Shown one piece after another: positions 61,335 through 64,000 of a DNA stretch of 64,000 nt. The translations under genes were made by a program, and so were the position numbers. The notes beneath the pieces are model-generated. The model was not told the DNA's origin, did not search any database, and saw only the letters and a list, made by a program, of their open reading frames with translations. Position 1 is the first letter of the stretch. Each line of letters starts with the position of its first letter. Origin of the DNA: Mytilus californianus (Eukaryota); contig NW_026262712.1 of NCBI RefSeq assembly GCF_021869535.1, forward strand, positions 115,568,001-115,632,000. Reading direction: 5' to 3'.

Positions 61335-62010
61335 CCTATTATAATTACCCTGTAAAATACATGATCCATGATAAGGCCCTATTATCATTACTGTGTAAAA
61401 ACACATGATCCACGAGTAGGATCTATCATTATTACCTTGTTAAAGCACATTATCCATGATAAGGCCTTATAATCATTACCTTGTAAAAACGCATGATTTG
61501 GCCGTATTATCATTACCTTGTGACAATACAAGATCCATTATTCGACCTTATTATCATTACCTTGTTACAACACATAATCCATGATAAGACCCTATTATCA
61601 TGTAATTATCATTACTTTGTAAAAAAACGAGATTTATTATAAGGCCCTATTATCATTACCTTGTAAAAACATATGATACATTGTTAGGTCCAATTATATT
61701 ACCTTGTTACAACATATGATCCATGATAAGGCTCTATTAGCATTACCTTGTAAAACACATGATCCATGATAAGTCCTAATATCATCACCTTGTAAAAAAG
61801 GATCCATGGCTAGGCCCTATTACAATCACCTTGTAAAACACATGATCCATGATTAGGACCTATCATTTTTACCTTGTAAAAGAACAGGATCCATGATAAG
61901 TCCTAATATCATTATCTTATAAAAAAAGGATCCATGATAAGTGATCATATCATTACCTTGTAAAAAAAAAGGGTCCATGGCTATGCCCTTTTATCATTAC
62001 CTTGTAAAAG
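61335..62010 (-). repeat. ~43-bp minisatellite whose unit is the exon-intron junction of the iGluR exon
   Basis: About 15 intronic units of TTTTACAAG/GTAATGATAATAGGGCCTTATCATGGATCATGTG, in register with the true donor at 62000. Confidence 0.92.
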
Positions 62011-62304
62011 AACGTTTAGAGAGTACCATAAGCTTTCTTTCAGATCAAATTGTTGGTCCGACTCTCGTTGTGTTGTATCATATCGTCCCATCAGATAGAG
62101 TGCACCTCCAACAACAAAGAAAACACCAAGGATTGTAAACCATAAATGTGATGTGAATGGCCCGAGGAACTGGAAGAAAGTGGGCGTAGCTGGTGGTTTC
62201 TGTAATAGTATACTAACAGTAGAGTCCATTATTGTAGTTGAAAAAGAGATTTGCTCTTCACGTGAAGATTTAACGTCTAAAGATCCGATGATGATATCTC
62301 CATC
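62001..62304 (-). CDS. iGluR-like exon: end of S1, M1 and M2; upstream exons lie beyond the window
   Basis: Acceptor TTTTCTTTTTAG|; DGDIIIGSLDVKSSREEQISFSTTIMDSTVSILLQKP...FFQFLGPFTSHLWFTILGVFFVVG...FDLKESLWYSLNVLLQG; donor CAAG|GTAATG; phases match the next exon. Confidence 0.95.
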
Positions 62305-62702
62305 CTAAAAAGAAAATAATTGGCATCATTTTAATTACAAATGTCACCTGTCTATTAAAGGTAACTATATAGTAAATCTACTTTTTTATATATAAGATAT
62401 GAATTTTTCTATTGAATAAATGTTGTGTCATGCGCTTCATGATTGTGACTTCGGCAACTCGAACACATCCATGTTCATCTATGAGACAGATATTCCAGAA
62501 AGGTCAGAATGGAGTTCATAAAACTTCAAAAAATATTACTTTTCCTTTACCAATAAGAACACTAGTTAAAACAGTATAATTCCAAAAAGCATACCTCTAT
62601 ATTAAGAACACTTTTTATTATGATTGTCACCCTCTTGATAACCAATTAATTAACTCAATTGATAGATTTTCTCTGATTTTTCAGCACATACATGGGGTAA
62701 AA

Positions 62703-64000
62703 TAAACTAGAGGCTCTAAAGAGCCTGTATCGTTGACCTGCATCTTCAACTATGTCCACTATTTGGTACAAATCGGTATGAAAGGCAACCACTTTTTAAA
62801 GAGTTGAATGACCCTTTTAGTCATGTTGACATATTTGTAGATCTTGTCCTGCTTTTTATAATTTCTATATACAATTGTATATATATTCTACTTTTTATGA
62901 TGATAGGCAAAAACTAAACAATCATCTTTAAACGGCAATAACTTCATTAACGAGTCGATTTAAGATTTCGGTTATGATAGCTTTTTGTAGATCTTGTCTT
63001 TCTGATAATTTTCGCTATTTTAAGTTTCTATATAATATATCTATTATAATTTTCAAGATAGTAGGCAAAAATGCAGAAAATGGTGAAAGTGGTCATTAAA
63101 TTACAATAATGTGTCCTCAAACAATTTCAGCAATTTGACCTATTTGTAGATTTTGTCTTGCTTTTCATTTTTCCTGAATAAAGTTTCTCTTTATCTATTA
63201 TAGTTTTCAAAATAATAGGCAAAAATGAATCAAGTTTGTTTGGTTAAATTTGGACCAGTTGTTTTAGTGTAGAAGATTTTTGTAAGATATTAGGCAAAGC
63301 GCAAAAAAATTGGTAAAAATCGTCATTAAAGGGCAATGACTCTAATTAAGAGTCATTTGACTATTTCGGCCATGTTGACTTATATGTAGATCTTTTCTTG
63401 CTGACAATTTTCGTTATTTAATGAGTCTCTCTATCTTTTATAGATTTCAAGATAATATGCAAACATGAAACAAATGGTAAAAGTTATCATTTAAGGGCAA
63501 AAACTAATATAAGAAAACATCTGACAGTTTTGACTTAAAGGATAGAAGGTAGATCTCAGCATTCTGACATTTCTGCCCCTGTCAGATTTTCTCTATTCAT
63601 AGAAGTTTTAGACATAAAAGACAAAACTTGCATTTTATCCCTATGATCTATTTTTAGCCAAGTCGGCCATGTTGGTTTGCAAGCAAAGTCAACGGACACA
63701 TTTTATAAAACTAGATACCCAAATAATGGTTGTGGCCAAGTTTGATTGAATTTAGTCCAGCAGTTTTAGTGTAGAAGATTTTTGTAAGATATTAGGCAAA
63801 ACGGCAAAAAATTGGTGAAAATTGTCATTAAAGGGCAATAACTCTAATAAAGAGGCATTTGACTATTTCGGCCATTTGACTTATTTGTAGATCTAGTCTT
63901 GAAGACCATTTTCGCTATTTAACGTTTCTCTCTTTCTTGTATAGATTTCAAGATAATAGACAAAAATTAAGTAAACATGGTAAAATTTATCATTTAAGGT
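62703..64000 (+). mobile_element. Helentron-like non-autonomous element with degenerate internal tandem repeats (intronic)
   Basis: Starts AACTAGAGGCTCTAAAGAGCCTG; repeated TTTGTAGATCTTGTCTT...CATTAAAGGGCAATAACT blocks; 63225-63460 is duplicated at ~63745-63960. Confidence 0.6.

Noticed and set aside
61335-62010. Intronic array as an editing-complementary sequence for the Q/R site
   Set aside because: The units are direct, not inverted, copies of the exon end, so they cannot form the dsRNA that ADAR editing needs.

Overview
AT-rich, repeat-dense animal genomic DNA. The interspersed repeats and gene types suggest a bivalve, probably Mytilus-like (inference, no search run). Most ORFs in the supplied track are translations of minisatellites or transposon debris. 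Genes I can support: (1) an intact intronless type II membrane C-type lectin with a full cytoplasmic ITAM (9120-9980), plus a tandem paralog with a nonsense codon at the start of its TM helix (4451-5275); (2) a three-exon gene not visible as a single ORF (14584-14638, 17794-18024, 18992-19179) encoding a 157-aa secreted, probably GPI-anchored protein with galaxin-type dicysteine repeats; (3) an intronless 368-aa SOCS-box protein with an unrecognised N-terminal domain (23803-24909, minus) and its pseudogenised twin (51291-52401, plus); (4) the last four exons of an ionotropic glutamate receptor-like gene (59134-62304, minus) with an unusual acidic ligand pocket and an intronic minisatellite built from its own 5' splice site. 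Structurally, ~19.5-55.2 kb is one old, decayed inverted duplication: arms ~19480-33600 and ~35700-55210, centre ~34.6 kb, since peppered with Penelope-like, LINE, MITE and Helentron-like insertions. All alignments were made by eye, and repeat boundaries are approximate unless tied to a quoted motif.
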